Shown: one piece after another, positions 31,197 to 41,952 of the stretch
Layout: each line of letters begins with the position of its first letter
How positions within the stretch are numbered: the stretch's first letter is position 1
Assembly (NCBI GenBank): GCA_963812155.1
Contig: CAWETW010000003.1
Span: forward strand, 480,001-544,000
Origin: Vulcanimicrobiota bacterium
GTDB lineage: Bacteria; Vulcanimicrobiota; Vulcanimicrobiia; Vulcanimicrobiales; Vulcanimicrobiaceae
DNA: 64,000 nucleotides
Reading direction: 5' to 3'
Notes under the pieces: model-generated
The model's input: the letters and a program-made list of their open reading frames with translations, nothing else
What the model was told of the DNA's origin: nothing
The model's database searches: none
Translations under genes and position numbers: made by a program

Positions 31197-33720
31197 GTGA
31201 AGGGAGAGGCTCGGGCTTTAGACTCTCCGCCCTTTGGAACGCTGCTTCGGCGTTATCGGCTCGCCGCAGGGCTTTCCCAAGAGGCGCTAGCCGAACGCGC
31301 CCAAATGAGCGCCAACGGGATCGGCGCCCTCGAGCGCGGATACCGCCGCACGCCGCAGCACGAGACGCTCGCGCTCCTAAGTTCGGCGCTCGCGTTGGAC
31401 CCCGAACAACGCCGCGAACTCGAAGATGCAGCGCGGCCGGGCGGCAGCATCGCGAGCGATTCGTGGCTCGATAGCTCTCCAGGGAATTTGCCGCTGCCGT
31501 TGTCGAGCTTTATCGGCCGCGACGCAGAGATCCGCGAGATCGCGTCGGAGCTGCAGGAACGCCGGCTCCTGACGCTCACGGGCGCCGCCGGCATCGGGAA
31601 GACGCAAACCGCCTTGCGCGCCGCGACGGCGTTCGGCGAGGCGACCGGCACCGCCACCATCTTCGTCGATCTCTCGACGATCGACGATCCGACGCTGGTT
31701 ACGGCGGTCGTCGCAGCGTCGTTGGGGATTCGTGAAGCTCCCGATCGCACGCTGCTGGAGACGATTCGCGCGTTCCTCAAGGCGAAAAAGGCGTTGCTGG
31801 TCTTCGATAACTGCGAGCACGTCATCGACGAGGCCGCAAAAATCGTGAGGGCCATTTTGTCCGACTGCCCTTCGGTTCGCATCTTGGCGACGAGCCGCGA
31901 ACCGTTACGAGATGCCGGAGAACGCTGTTACCGGCTGCCTTCACTTCCCGTGCCGCACGCCGGTGCGGGGAACCTCACCGCAAGCGACGGGCTCGCGTAT
32001 TCGTCGATCGCGCTCTTTGCCGACCGCGCCCGCGCCGCCAACCATCGCTTCGTCTTGCGCGACGAAAACGTGAACACGGTTGCGCAAATCTGTCGCAGCC
32101 TCGACGGCATTCCGCTTGCGATCGAACTGGCCGCCCCCTGGTCGGAGTCGTTGACGCTCGATGCCATCGTCGAAAATCTCGGCGGCCGGCTGCAACTGCT
32201 CGGTCGCGGGCACCGCAGCGCGTTGTCGCGCGACCAGACGATGCGGGCGACTATCGACTGGAGTTACGAACTGCTCAGCGTACCGGAACAACGGCTTCTC
32301 GAGCGTCTCGCGGTCTTCGCCGGCGGCTGCACGCTGGAGCTCGCCGAAACCGTCTGCTCGAACGCCGGGGTCGAAGAAGCCGGCGTGCTGGGGCTGCTCG
32401 CGTCGTTGGCCGACAAATCACTGGTGACCGTGGAGCGGCCGGCGGACGGAGAGACGCGCTACGTACTCTTAGAAACGACGCGGCAGTTCGCGCGCGAACG
32501 TCTCCGCGAACGCGGCGAGGAACAACGCATTGCGCGAGCGGCATGCCGAGGCATGTTTGGGCGTGGCCGTGCAGCTCGAACGCCTGCGCGTTGAAGTCAA
32601 CAAACCGAATAATCGAGACGGACTTCCGGAATTTCGCGCATTACGCGATCGCGAGCGCGCGAATCTTCGCACGGCGATTGCGTGGTCGCTTGGCGACGGG
32701 CGAAACGCCGAGTTGGGTCAGCGGCTCGTTTGCAGCGTATGGGGAATGCAGGGCGTCTGGGAAACGCAGTTCACCGAACCGTTGCGTTGGACTCGACGTG
32801 CGCTCGAGTTGGCCGGGCCCGGCACGCCCCTAACGATCGCTGCACGGCTCGAGCGCATTTTGTGCCTGTACTTGGAGCAGCAACACCAGTTCGACGAAGC
32901 GCTGGCTGCCGTGGAGCATTGGGCGGAGACGCTCGGCAAAATCGGCGAAACGACCGGAATGGGAAACGCGCTGACGATGGCGTACCTGCGACGCGGACGC
33001 CTCCCCGAAGCACGCTCCGTGGCAGAACGGCTCGTCGCGCTCCTGCGGGAACGCGAGGATCCTCGAGCGCTCGGTGAAGCGTTGCTGGGGCTTGCCGGTG
33101 CACTTTCGGCGCAAGAAATCTACCCCGAAGCCCATGCCGCGCTCCTCGAAGCGCGCAGCCTGTTGCAGATCGCCGGCGACGGCTATCTTTTAGGAATATG
33201 CGATTCCGAGCTCGCGACGTCGTTTTTCGGTCTCGACGACGTGCATGCAGCGCTTCCGTGCGCCGAGTCTGCAACCGCAACGCTGCGAGCGTGGCAGCAC
33301 GCTTTTTTGCCGGAGGCCCTGTCCAACGAAGCGACGTTTTTAATTGCCCTCGATCGCTTCGACGATGCCTACGAGCGTGCGATGGAATCCCTGGACGTCG
33401 CGCTGCGCAACTTTCCCCACGCGCCCGTGCGCGCGCTCTACGGCATTCAGCGCCTCGCCACCATCGCCGCACTGCGTCCGCACGCAAACGATGACGACGC
33501 GCGCGAAGCGTGGACGGCATCGGCAACCCTCTTGGGGTACGCGGACGCGCTCCTGACTGCCCGAGCCGCGTTTCGATTCCCGACCGACCAGGTCGACATC
33601 GATCGCGCCGGCAAGGCGTTGCGATCGCACCTCGGCCACGAGGCGGTGGACGAACTCTTTCGCGAGGGTGCCTCGCTAAGCGACGAGCGAGCGATCGCAT
33701 TAGCACGCTCGACGTTTTGA
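31197..33720 (+). CDS. XRE-HTH + STAND (NB-ARC-like) ATPase + TPR regulator 1 (frameshift near 32535)
   Basis: LRRYRLAAGLSQEALA, GAAGIGKT, LVFDNCEH, TSREPL, LDGIPLAIELAA; helical C-terminus. Confidence 0.88.
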
Positions 33721-33764
33721 CCGCCGGGGTAGCGAACGAGCCCTCGGCGAAATGCCAAGCTACC

Positions 33765-36293
33765 GTGGAACGCGCGGGTCAAGGGCCGGCTCTTCCGGCA
33801 TTTGGGGCGCTCCTGCGCCGTCACCGTCTCGCGGCGGGGCTTTCTCTCGAGGAGCTCGCCGCGCGCGCGCACGTGAGTGCCAACGGCATCGGCGCGCTCG
33901 AACGCGGCCATCGGCGCACTCCGCAAAAGGAAACGCTCGCCCTGCTCGTCGCCGCGCTCGCGCTGGAAGGCGACGCGCGCAAAACATTTGAGGAGGCGGC
34001 GCGCTCGCCGGCCACGCGGCGCCCCGAGCCGCAGTCGCTTGACGAAGACCCATGCCCGATCGTCTCGACGCCCGACCTTCCGCTCGCGCTGACGACCTTC
34101 GTCGGCCGCGAGTCGGAACTGCGCGAAATCGCCGATCTCCTGCGCGCCGGTCGCCTGGTGACGATCACCGGAGCCGGCGGCGTGGGCAAAACGCAAACGG
34201 CGCTGCACGTCTGCGCCGCGCTGCCGCGCGCCCAACCGGTGTGTTTCGTGAGCCTCGCACCGCTGCGTGAAGCAGCGTTCGTCACCGAAACGATCGCGTC
34301 GGCGCTGGGCGTGCGCGAGGCCCAGCAGAGCCCGCTCCTCGGTGCGCTGCTGAACTACCTCAAGCATAAGACGGTGGTTCTGCTGCTCGACAACTGCGAG
34401 CACGTCCTCGAAGAATCGGCGAAAGTGGTCGCCGCCGTGTTGCGCCACTGTGGCGACGTACGAGTTCTTTGCACGAGTCGCGAGCCGCTGCGAGTCGCCG
34501 GCGAACACATCTATCGCTTAGCATCGCTGCGCGTCCCCTCGGCCGATCGAGCGCGAGCGATCACGCCCTCCGATGCCCTCGACTACGGCGCGGTCGCACT
34601 CTTTACCGATCGCGCCCGCGCGGCCGACCACGCATTTGCGCTGACCGACGAAAGCGTGCCGGTCATTGCGGGAATATGCCGTCGGCTCGACGGCATTCCG
34701 CTCGCGCTGGAGCTGGCCGCCGCGCGTTCCAATCTCTTTTCGCCGCACGATCTCGCGGTGCAGCTCGACGACCGGTTCCACATCCTCACCAAAGGCGAAC
34801 GCAGCGCCCTGCCGCGTCAACAGACGATGCGCGCGACCATTGCATGGAGTTACGATCTGTTGACCGCGCCGGAACGGCAGTTTTTCGAACGCCTCTCGGT
34901 ATTTGCGGGAGGCTGCACGATCGATGCGGTGATGCCGGTGTGTGGGGGCGACGACGCCCGCAGCGACGGCGTGTTCGACGTGCTGCCCTCGCTCGTCGAC
35001 AAGTCGCTGCTCCTGGTCGATCTCAACGGCGCGCAGCCGCGCTACGAGCTGCTGGATTCGTTCCGGTCGTACGCGCGTGAGAAATTGATCGACCGGGGCG
35101 AAGATCGGCTCGTCGCACACCGACACGCCGTCTTTTTTCTCGACGTCGCCGAGCGCCTGAACGCCGCCTATGACTCGCAGGCCGACGACGCGTGGAACGA
35201 ATCGGCAAAATCGGAGTTGGACAACTGGCGAGCAGCATTGCATTGGTTGGTGGTAGAGCGCGGCGACGTCGCGCTCGGGCAGCGCCTCACCGGCGCGCTG
35301 GCGCTGGTGTGGGCGCTGGTCGCGCCGTTCGACGGTCAGCGCTGGATCGCGCTGGAGCGCGATGCAGGCACCGGAAAAATCGACCCGAGCGTCGAGGCAG
35401 ACATCGATTTCGCGCAAGCGGCCATGGCCGGTAACCTCGGCGAGGTCGAGCTGCAACTGTCCAGCGCCGTTAAGGCGGTGGCGACGTACCGAGCGTTAGC
35501 TGACGATTACAAAACGGCGCTGGCTCTGAGTCAGGCCGGCCGCGCTCTGGCATGGCTCGGCAAGCTTGCCGAGTCGGAGAAAATGCTGACCGAAGCGATC
35601 GAGTTGGCGCGCAGAATCGGCCTGCGCAAGCACCTCGGCCACATGCTCCGAGGACTGAGTTTTGCGAGCAACGTCGGCGGCGACTTTGCGGCAGCGCGCG
35701 AGTACGTTGCAGAGGCGATTGCGATCTACGATCAAGTCGGTTCGCGACGCGGCGCAGCCATGGCGTTTTTTAGCGATCTTGCGGAGGTCGAGTTGAACGC
35801 CGGGAATGCCGACGCCGCGTTAGGTTACACGCTGGAAGCCGTTCCCACGCTTCGAGCCTTCAACGCCGTCTCGCAGGTTGCTTCGGCGCTCGGCACGGCA
35901 GCGGCGTGCTGCATTCGCCTAAAGCGATACCGCGAAGCGTTGGAGTATGCGCGCGAAGCCCTATCGCTGGCGGTCGAATGCGGCGCCACCGGGCAGCTCG
36001 CCCGCGCGCTGCAGCGAATCGTCGCAGTAGCGGTGTTTTCTGCCGCCGATACGTCACCACCGTCTCAGCCGTTCGCGCGCACGGCTCGAATTCTCGGATT
36101 CCTCGAAGCACGCTTGGCGGCGCTGGGATCCCCGCGCTACCTGTACGACGCCGAAGAGTATGCGCGCGTAACGGAGCTTTTATCGAAGCGCATCGGCGCT
36201 GCAGATTTCGAACGACTCATCCACGAGGGTTCCTCCATGAGCGAGCACGAGGCCATCGACGAGGCACTTAGCCTCGATTACGCGGGCAGTTGA
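33765..36293 (+). CDS. XRE-HTH + STAND ATPase + TPR regulator 2
   Basis: LRRHRLAAGLSLEELA, GAGGVGKT, LLDNCEH, LDGIPLALELAA; TPR-like repeats. Confidence 0.9.
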   Translation: MERAGQGPALPAFGALLRRHRLAAGLSLEELAARAHVSANGIGALERGHRRTPQKETLALLVAALALEGDARKTFEEAARSPATRRPEPQSLDEDPCPIVSTPDLPLALTTFVGRESELREIADLLRAGRLVTITGAGGVGKTQTALHVCAALPRAQPVCFVSLAPLREAAFVTETIASALGVREAQQSPLLGALLNYLKHKTVVLLLDNCEHVLEESAKVVAAVLRHCGDVRVLCTSREPLRVAGEHIYRLASLRVPSADRARAITPSDALDYGAVALFTDRARAADHAFALTDESVPVIAGICRRLDGIPLALELAAARSNLFSPHDLAVQLDDRFHILTKGERSALPRQQTMRATIAWSYDLLTAPERQFFERLSVFAGGCTIDAVMPVCGGDDARSDGVFDVLPSLVDKSLLLVDLNGAQPRYELLDSFRSYAREKLIDRGEDRLVAHRHAVFFLDVAERLNAAYDSQADDAWNESAKSELDNWRAALHWLVVERGDVALGQRLTGALALVWALVAPFDGQRWIALERDAGTGKIDPSVEADIDFAQAAMAGNLGEVELQLSSAVKAVATYRALADDYKTALALSQAGRALAWLGKLAESEKMLTEAIELARRIGLRKHLGHMLRGLSFASNVGGDFAAAREYVAEAIAIYDQVGSRRGAAMAFFSDLAEVELNAGNADAALGYTLEAVPTLRAFNAVSQVASALGTAAACCIRLKRYREALEYAREALSLAVECGATGQLARALQRIVAVAVFSAADTSPPSQPFARTARILGFLEARLAALGSPRYLYDAEEYARVTELLSKRIGAADFERLIHEGSSMSEHEAIDEALSLDYAGS

Positions 36294-36332
36294 AGCGCTC
36301 GCTTCGCACGTCGCTAACGTAAGGAGTTACAA

Positions 36333-37412
36333 ATGCCGAAACTCGAACGTGTTGCAGTTGGATTCGGATGTTTGACCGCAATCGTAATATTCTTCAACGT
36401 AAACGCACGGGGCTTGGGAGCCGGTGCCGGAGCGCAGCACCGGGCCGTTCAAACGGTCGCGCAGGTCACCGCAGCACCTACGCCGGGGTTTATTCCTTGG
36501 TACGCGTCGTCGCAAGTGCCATGGCCTTCTCCGCTTCCGTCGGCGGATGCCGCTATCGGCGGTGCCTTCGGTGCGGCGCTCCTCTACAACGACATAGTGA
36601 CGGCGCACAACGTGCCGGGCCTGGGAATGCTGGCCACCAACTCGTGCCAGTTCATTTGCTTCGGAGCGCCGGGCGTTGCATCTCACCACGTCTTTGCATA
36701 TGGCAGCGACGTCGACCCAACGGCGTATACCACCCAAGGCGCCCCCGACGATTGCACGCCGCTCGGCGCCGTGCTAGACGTCGGCTGTCCGGGTGACGTG
36801 GACAGTTCGGTTTTTTCCGTAACGTTCCACGGCAATCTGCCCCCCAACGGCGGGTATTTCGTCGCCGTCGACGGTAAGGCGAACCTCGGCGTTTTCAGAA
36901 ACATCATCGCCGGTTCGTCGGTCATCGCGGGCGCCGGAATCGGCACCCCCGAGCCTTCGCCGACACCCGGATCGCTGGTATCGCACACCGGCACCGGGCA
37001 GGGAGAGCTTCTGCTCGGAAGCTCCGCCGATTTCGTCACGTGCGACTACGGCGTATCGGCCGCCGGCACGCTCAGATGCAACAAACCCTTCGTCGCCGCC
37101 GGTTTCACCAGCTCGTCGGGCGGAATGCTTCCGAACGGCGCGTCGGGCGGATATGCGCCCGAGGCGTTCGCGGGCGGCGCCGCGACCTCGCATCCGAGAC
37201 TCGTTAGCGGAAGCTGCGCAAGCGGTTATTCGAAGTCGGTGCTCTGCACGTTTTCCAACCGTGTTTCGTTTACCGGCACGACGTACAACTGCACCGTCTC
37301 GGCGACTGGAGCGACGCCGATCGCCGTCAGTTACGAGAAAACCACAGCCGGATCGATTACCGTGCACGCAACGGCTTCCGGCACTTTCTCCTACATCTGT
37401 TTGGGGGCGTAG
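36333..37412 (+). CDS. Secreted Gly/Cys-rich hypothetical protein
   Basis: AAGGAG RBS; N-terminal hydrophobic segment; beta-rich C-terminal domain ending FSYICLGA. Confidence 0.7.
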   Translation: MPKLERVAVGFGCLTAIVIFFNVNARGLGAGAGAQHRAVQTVAQVTAAPTPGFIPWYASSQVPWPSPLPSADAAIGGAFGAALLYNDIVTAHNVPGLGMLATNSCQFICFGAPGVASHHVFAYGSDVDPTAYTTQGAPDDCTPLGAVLDVGCPGDVDSSVFSVTFHGNLPPNGGYFVAVDGKANLGVFRNIIAGSSVIAGAGIGTPEPSPTPGSLVSHTGTGQGELLLGSSADFVTCDYGVSAAGTLRCNKPFVAAGFTSSSGGMLPNGASGGYAPEAFAGGAATSHPRLVSGSCASGYSKSVLCTFSNRVSFTGTTYNCTVSATGATPIAVSYEKTTAGSITVHATASGTFSYICLGA

Positions 37413-37429
37413 ATGCGGCTCTGTGAAGC

Positions 37430-37852
37430 CTAACGGCGATCTCGCGGAATGACGTAGCGCGTCGCGGTATGCGTCTGGGTGTAGGCGCTGATCTTGTTGT
37501 CGACGAGGCCGGCGGCGAGTCCCGCGGCGCGCACTTGCGAATCGCTGGGCGACGCGCCGCGGCCTTTGGGATGGAAAATCCAGAGGCCGCCGTTGGGAAC
37601 GAGGTGCTTCGCCGCCGCAGCGATGCGCGCGAGATCGCGCAGTGCACCGACGCGAAGGAAGATGAGGTCGTACGCTCCGACGAGCCGGGTGCTCGGCGAT
37701 TTCGCCAGCAGTGAATTGAGCGCGGCGGTAAATTCGTCGTCGTGCTTGCCGAGCAGCGCGACCCGCGAGCCTTCGGCGACGCCGAGCTTGTCGAACAGCG
37801 AGCGGTGTGAGTAGTCGCGCTCTCCGGCGGCGCTCGTCCTTCGACTGCGCAT
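37430..37852 (-). CDS. DUF3052-like small protein
   Basis: SLFDKLGV, GGLWIFHPKG, GLAAGLVDNKIS. Confidence 0.7.
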   Translation of the reverse strand: MRSRRTSAAGERDYSHRSLFDKLGVAEGSRVALLGKHDDEFTAALNSLLAKSPSTRLVGAYDLIFLRVGALRDLARIAAAAKHLVPNGGLWIFHPKGRGASPSDSQVRAAGLAAGLVDNKISAYTQTHTATRYVIPRDRR

Positions 37853-37911
37853 CGCTATCGCGATGCTTCGCTCAGGATGACACTCCTCAAGGATGTTCCG
37901 CTCAGTGTGAC
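37832..37911. repeat. REP-like palindromic element, second copy
   Basis: Same 19-bp and 15-bp arms as 23441-23487, with a different inner hairpin (GCATCGC-TATC-GCGATGC). Confidence 0.75.
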
Positions 37912-37921
37912 GACTTCGGAG

Positions 37922-38689
37922 CTAATAGGGGCCGCCTTTGACGATGCTCGCGCGGAGGTTTTGTGTCTCCAACGTCGGCTCGACGTTAAGCCAGCGGCGC
38001 AGGTAACGCTCCAAATCGTCGTATTCGGCGAGAGCCTGGGCGCGGCGCCCGGTTCGGGCGAAGGAAATCATCGTGAGCTGGGTCGCTCGTTCGTTGGCGC
38101 GATCGACGGCGACGAGTTCTAACGCGAAATTCGTCGCGTGGGCGTAGTCGCATACCTCGAGCGCATTGTTGGCCAGAGACTCTAACATCGTCGCGTACAT
38201 ATGCTCGAAACGCACGCGTAACGGAACGACCCAGTCGGAGTTATCGCCGCTTAAGAAAGCGCCGGCATAAATCTTCACGCCGTGCGAATACGCGTCCGGA
38301 GTGCCTCGGTCGAAGCATTCTTCGAGAACGTCAATGTCGCGCAAGATCCGCAATTCCGGATTCCAGCCGTACGTCGAGTCGAGATAGACGATCGGGTTGA
38401 CGCCCGGAACGATCGACCGCAAAGCCGTGCGAGCGCCGCTTGCCGCGATATGTAACCGATGCGCGCTTTCGCCGGCATCCAGGTCCGGCCATAGCGCGTC
38501 GGCGAGCGATTGGCACGCGACCGACGCATTCACGTGGTTCGCTAAATAGCGCAGAAAATGACCACCAGCGGCTCGTGAAGGCGCTCTTTGCCACGCTTCG
38601 TTCGGAACGCGAAACGCGAAGAGCCCGAGGCAACGAAACTCGATCGTCGGCCGGTCGGCGCTCAAATCGAGGCTCGCGGACGCCATCAC
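37922..38689 (-). CDS. Stand-alone SARP-type activator (OmpR-like wHTH + BTAD)
   Basis: FRCLGLF, LADALWPD, YAGAFLSG..DWV, DRANERA..LTM..GRRAQALAEY..L..EPTLET. Confidence 0.85.
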   Translation of the reverse strand: MMASASLDLSADRPTIEFRCLGLFAFRVPNEAWQRAPSRAAGGHFLRYLANHVNASVACQSLADALWPDLDAGESAHRLHIAASGARTALRSIVPGVNPIVYLDSTYGWNPELRILRDIDVLEECFDRGTPDAYSHGVKIYAGAFLSGDNSDWVVPLRVRFEHMYATMLESLANNALEVCDYAHATNFALELVAVDRANERATQLTMISFARTGRRAQALAEYDDLERYLRRWLNVEPTLETQNLRASIVKGGPY

Positions 38690-38773
38690 CCGCTCCTAGC
38701 TCTAGCTGCTAAGAAGACTAGGTGCCGAGCGTAGCATCCGTGCGCTGGACCGTCAAGGCAATCGGAGTCATCC

Positions 38774-38802
38774 ACAGAGTGGATTCAGAGCGAACTGAGA
38801 GC
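38774..38802 (+). promoter_or_regulatory. Three 11-bp-phased heptamers (ACAGAGT, TCAGAGC, TGAGAGC); candidate SARP site upstream of the eCIS operon
   Basis: Heptamers start at 38774, 38785 and 38796, with 4-nt spacers. Confidence 0.5.
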
Positions 38803-38899
38803 CGCTTTCGCAAGAAATCCGGAGCGCGCGGCGATTCGACCGAGCGCGAATCGCGAACGCGCGATGCCACACTGAGCCGATGCGGTACCGAACGGCTCG

Positions 38900-39160
38900 G
38901 TGAGCGAGCGATTCTCGCTGAGTCTCGACATCGAGGATGACGGTAAGGGTGGCCTTACGGTTTCCATACGGCCGCTCGACGAGGCGATTACGTTGAGCGT
39001 CCAGCGCACGACGCTGCTCATGACCGCGTGGCGCGAGGCGGACTCGCTCGTCCGCGCGCGGGTGGAGCACGCAGGCAGCGGATCGACGGGCTACGTCCAG
39101 AGCAACGATTCGCTGTTCGCGATCGGGCGCAAGATCGGGCTCGCCGCACACCATCGCTAA
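38900..39160 (+). CDS. Small hypothetical protein, first gene of the eCIS operon
   Basis: 86 aa with good codon bias; its stop is followed directly by the sheath RBS (GGAGG). Confidence 0.6.
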   Translation: MSERFSLSLDIEDDGKGGLTVSIRPLDEAITLSVQRTTLLMTAWREADSLVRARVEHAGSGSTGYVQSNDSLFAIGRKIGLAAHHR

Positions 39161-39175
39161 CGGAGGAACCCCAGG

Positions 39176-40708
39176 ATGTCAGCATCCCTGACCTACCCCG
39201 GCGTCTATATCGAAGAACTTCCCAGCGGCGTTCACAGCATCACGGGGGTCGCGACGTCCATCGGCGCGTTTGTGGGTTGGGCGCCCCAAGGCTCTATTAC
39301 GGCAGCCACGATGGTTGAGAGCTTCGCCGAGTATTCGATGCTCTTCGGCGGGCTCGACTCGCGGAGCGTCCTCGGTTATGCGGTCAATCATTTCTTCATC
39401 AACGGCGGCCGGCAGTGCTACGTGATTCGCCTCGTCGACGCGACCGACGCCACGACGGCAACAGGTTCCGCCGACACGCTCACGCTCTTCGCGAACAATC
39501 CCGGGAACTGGGGAAACAACCTGCGTATCACGCTCACGCCCAACGGCACCAGGTTCAGCATCCTCGTCGAGATGTTGCTGCCGAGCGGCAGACTTTCAGA
39601 CGCTCGAGAGTTTCGTCAATCTGTCGACGACGAGCACCGACCCGCAGTACTGCGTCACCGTCATCGACAACGACTCAAACTACATTAGCTTCATCGACCA
39701 GGCGGGGACACTGCACGCTCCGTCCGCTTCCCCCACCATCACCGTCACCAGGGCCGCCCTCACCACCGGTTTCGACGGCACCGTGCTCGTGCCGAACGAC
39801 GGCAACTTCGAAACCGCTCTGCTGCCGCCTAGTAACGTTGGCGGCGTCGATCTGCTCAACAGCGTCGACATCTTCAACTTGCTCTGCGTGCCGGGCGAGA
39901 ACACCGCCAGCGCCGTCACGGGGCTTCAAACCTATTGCTTCAACAGTCGAGCGTTCCTCATCGTCGACGCCCCCCAGGTCGCTACTCACGCGAATCTTCA
40001 ATCCTTCGACGCGCCGGCGGGAATGCCGTTCCCGACTACCGTCATCGGCGCGCGACGCTGCGAGCTCCGCGTACTACTTCCCGTGGGTGCTTGCGCCCGA
40101 TCCGCTGTTCGGGAATCGGCCGGCGCTGTTTCCGCCGTGCGGCTTCGTCGCCGGCATCTACGCAGCGACCGATGCGAGCCGCGGCGTGTGGAAGGCGCCG
40201 GCGGGAATCGACGCCAGCCTCAGCGGCGAGCAAGGCCTGCAATATAGCCTGACCGATGCGCAGAACGGCGATCTCAATCCGGCGCCATCAATTGCCTGCG
40301 TCATTTCAAGGCTCTACGGCGACGTGGTCTGGGGCGCGCGCACGCTGGCCGGCAACGATCAGACCGGATCGCAGTGGAAATACGTTCCGATACGGCGGCT
40401 CGCGCTCTACATCGAAGTCCAGCCTTTACGACGGCACGCAGTGGGTCGTCTTCGAGCCGAACGACGAGCCGTCTCTGGGGTCAGATCCGGATGAACGTCG
40501 GCGCCTTCATGCAGGGTCTGTTCCTGCAAGGCGCGTTTCCCGGCACGACGCCGCAGCAGGCCTACTTCGTGAAATGCGATGCGGAGAACAATCCGCCGGC
40601 CAGCGTCGACGCTCGGCGTCGTCAACATCCTTAGTCGGATTCGCGCCGTAATATCCGGCCGAGTTCGTCGTGATTCAGATTCAACAGATCGGCGGCCAAG
40701 GCTCGTAA
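39176..40708 (+). CDS. Contractile tail sheath (several indels)
   Basis: TYPGVYIEE, FFINGG, PPCGFVAGIYA, RGVWKAPAG, VWGARTL, WKYVPIRR, WVVFEPN, PAEFVVIQIQQ. Confidence 0.92.
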
Positions 40709-40723
40709 GTAAGGAATCCGAAC

Positions 40724-41253
40724 ATGCCCATGTTCCCAGCGAATCCCAAACGCCTCGACCCCTACAAGAACTTCAAGTTCCGGCTAAAGTGGGACGGCAA
40801 ATACGTCGCGGCGGTCAGCAAGATGAGCACGTTGAAGCGCACGACGGAGGTCGTCGAGCATCGCGACGGCGGCGATCCATCGACGTCGCACAAGTCGCCG
40901 GGCCGCACGAAGTACGACGCGATCACGCTGGAGCGCGGCCTGACCCAGGACTTGACTTTCCACGATTGGGCCGGCCTGGTCTGGAACTTACGGCTCGGCG
41001 TTGGGCTCGGAAGTGTCGCTCGCCAACTTCCGCAAAGACATCTATCTCGAGTTCTACAACGAGGCCGGGCAACTGGTGATCGCGTACAAGATCTACCGCT
41101 GCTGGGTTTCCGAGTATCAGGCGATGCCGCGATCTCGACGCCAACGCCAACGCCGTCGCGATCGAGCACATCAAGCTCGAGAACGAGGGCTGGGAGCGCG
41201 ACACGAGCGTCACCGAGCCGGTCGAGCCAACGCTCAGTTCGGTCGCGACGTAG
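40724..41253 (+). CDS. Tail tube protein (gp19 / Afp1-5-like; two indels)
   Basis: DPYKNFKF, PGRTKYDAITLERG, FRKDI, RCWVSEYQA, LDANANAVAIEHIKLENEGW. Confidence 0.92.
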
Positions 41254-41256
41254 CCG

Positions 41257-41952
41257 ATGCGCCCGCTCGGCGCGTCCGACGTCATCGCGTTGTGGGAAGT
41301 GCGGCGCGCGCGCGAACCGCTCGACGTCGCCCTGCAAGCGATTGACGCGGCGTTTCCCGAGCCGAACGGCGAGAGCGCGGCGGACTGGCCGATCGGGCGC
41401 CGAAACCGCGCGTTGCTCGAACTTCGGCGAGCCGGCTTCGGCCCGGTTCTGCGCGGTTGGGTATATTGCCGCGGCTGCTCGGAGCCTCTCGAGTTCGGTC
41501 TCGATTCGCGCGACGTGCTGAGCGCTGCGTCGTCGCCGCAACGCGACGTGTGGGTCGGGCGGCGCACCTTCCGCTTGCCGACGAGCCGCGATCTCGTGGA
41601 GATTCGCGGCGACGATCCGGACGCGGCGGCGCTGCGGCTCGCGCAGCGCTGCTTCGCCGGCGATTCATCCGCGCATCTCGACTCGGACGACCTCGACGAC
41701 ATCGGACGGCAGATGGCGCTCGCCGATCCGCTGGCGGAGATCGCGCTCCACTTCGACTGCCCGGCGTGCGGTGAATCGTTCGACGAGAGCCTCGACCTGC
41801 CGGCATTCGTTTGCGCGGAGATCGAAGGCCTCGCCAAGCGGCTCCTGCGCGACGTTCACGTGCTGGCGCGCGCGTACACGTGGAGCGAATCAGAGATTCT
41901 TTCGCTCAGTCCGGCACGCCGCGAATTCTACTTGTCGCTGGTGAGCGCGTGA
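41257..41952 (+). CDS. eCIS-associated gp26-like / tail-assembly protein with CxxC pairs
   Basis: CRGC, FRLPTSRDL, ADPLAE, CPACG, DVHVLARAYTWSESEILSL..RREFY. Confidence 0.75.
   Translation: MRPLGASDVIALWEVRRAREPLDVALQAIDAAFPEPNGESAADWPIGRRNRALLELRRAGFGPVLRGWVYCRGCSEPLEFGLDSRDVLSAASSPQRDVWVGRRTFRLPTSRDLVEIRGDDPDAAALRLAQRCFAGDSSAHLDSDDLDDIGRQMALADPLAEIALHFDCPACGESFDESLDLPAFVCAEIEGLAKRLLRDVHVLARAYTWSESEILSLSPARREFYLSLVSA

Noticed and set aside
40724..41952. Programmed ribosomal frameshift as in phage tail chaperones
   Set aside because: No slippery heptamer was seen at the shift points, and indels are equally common in unrelated genes.
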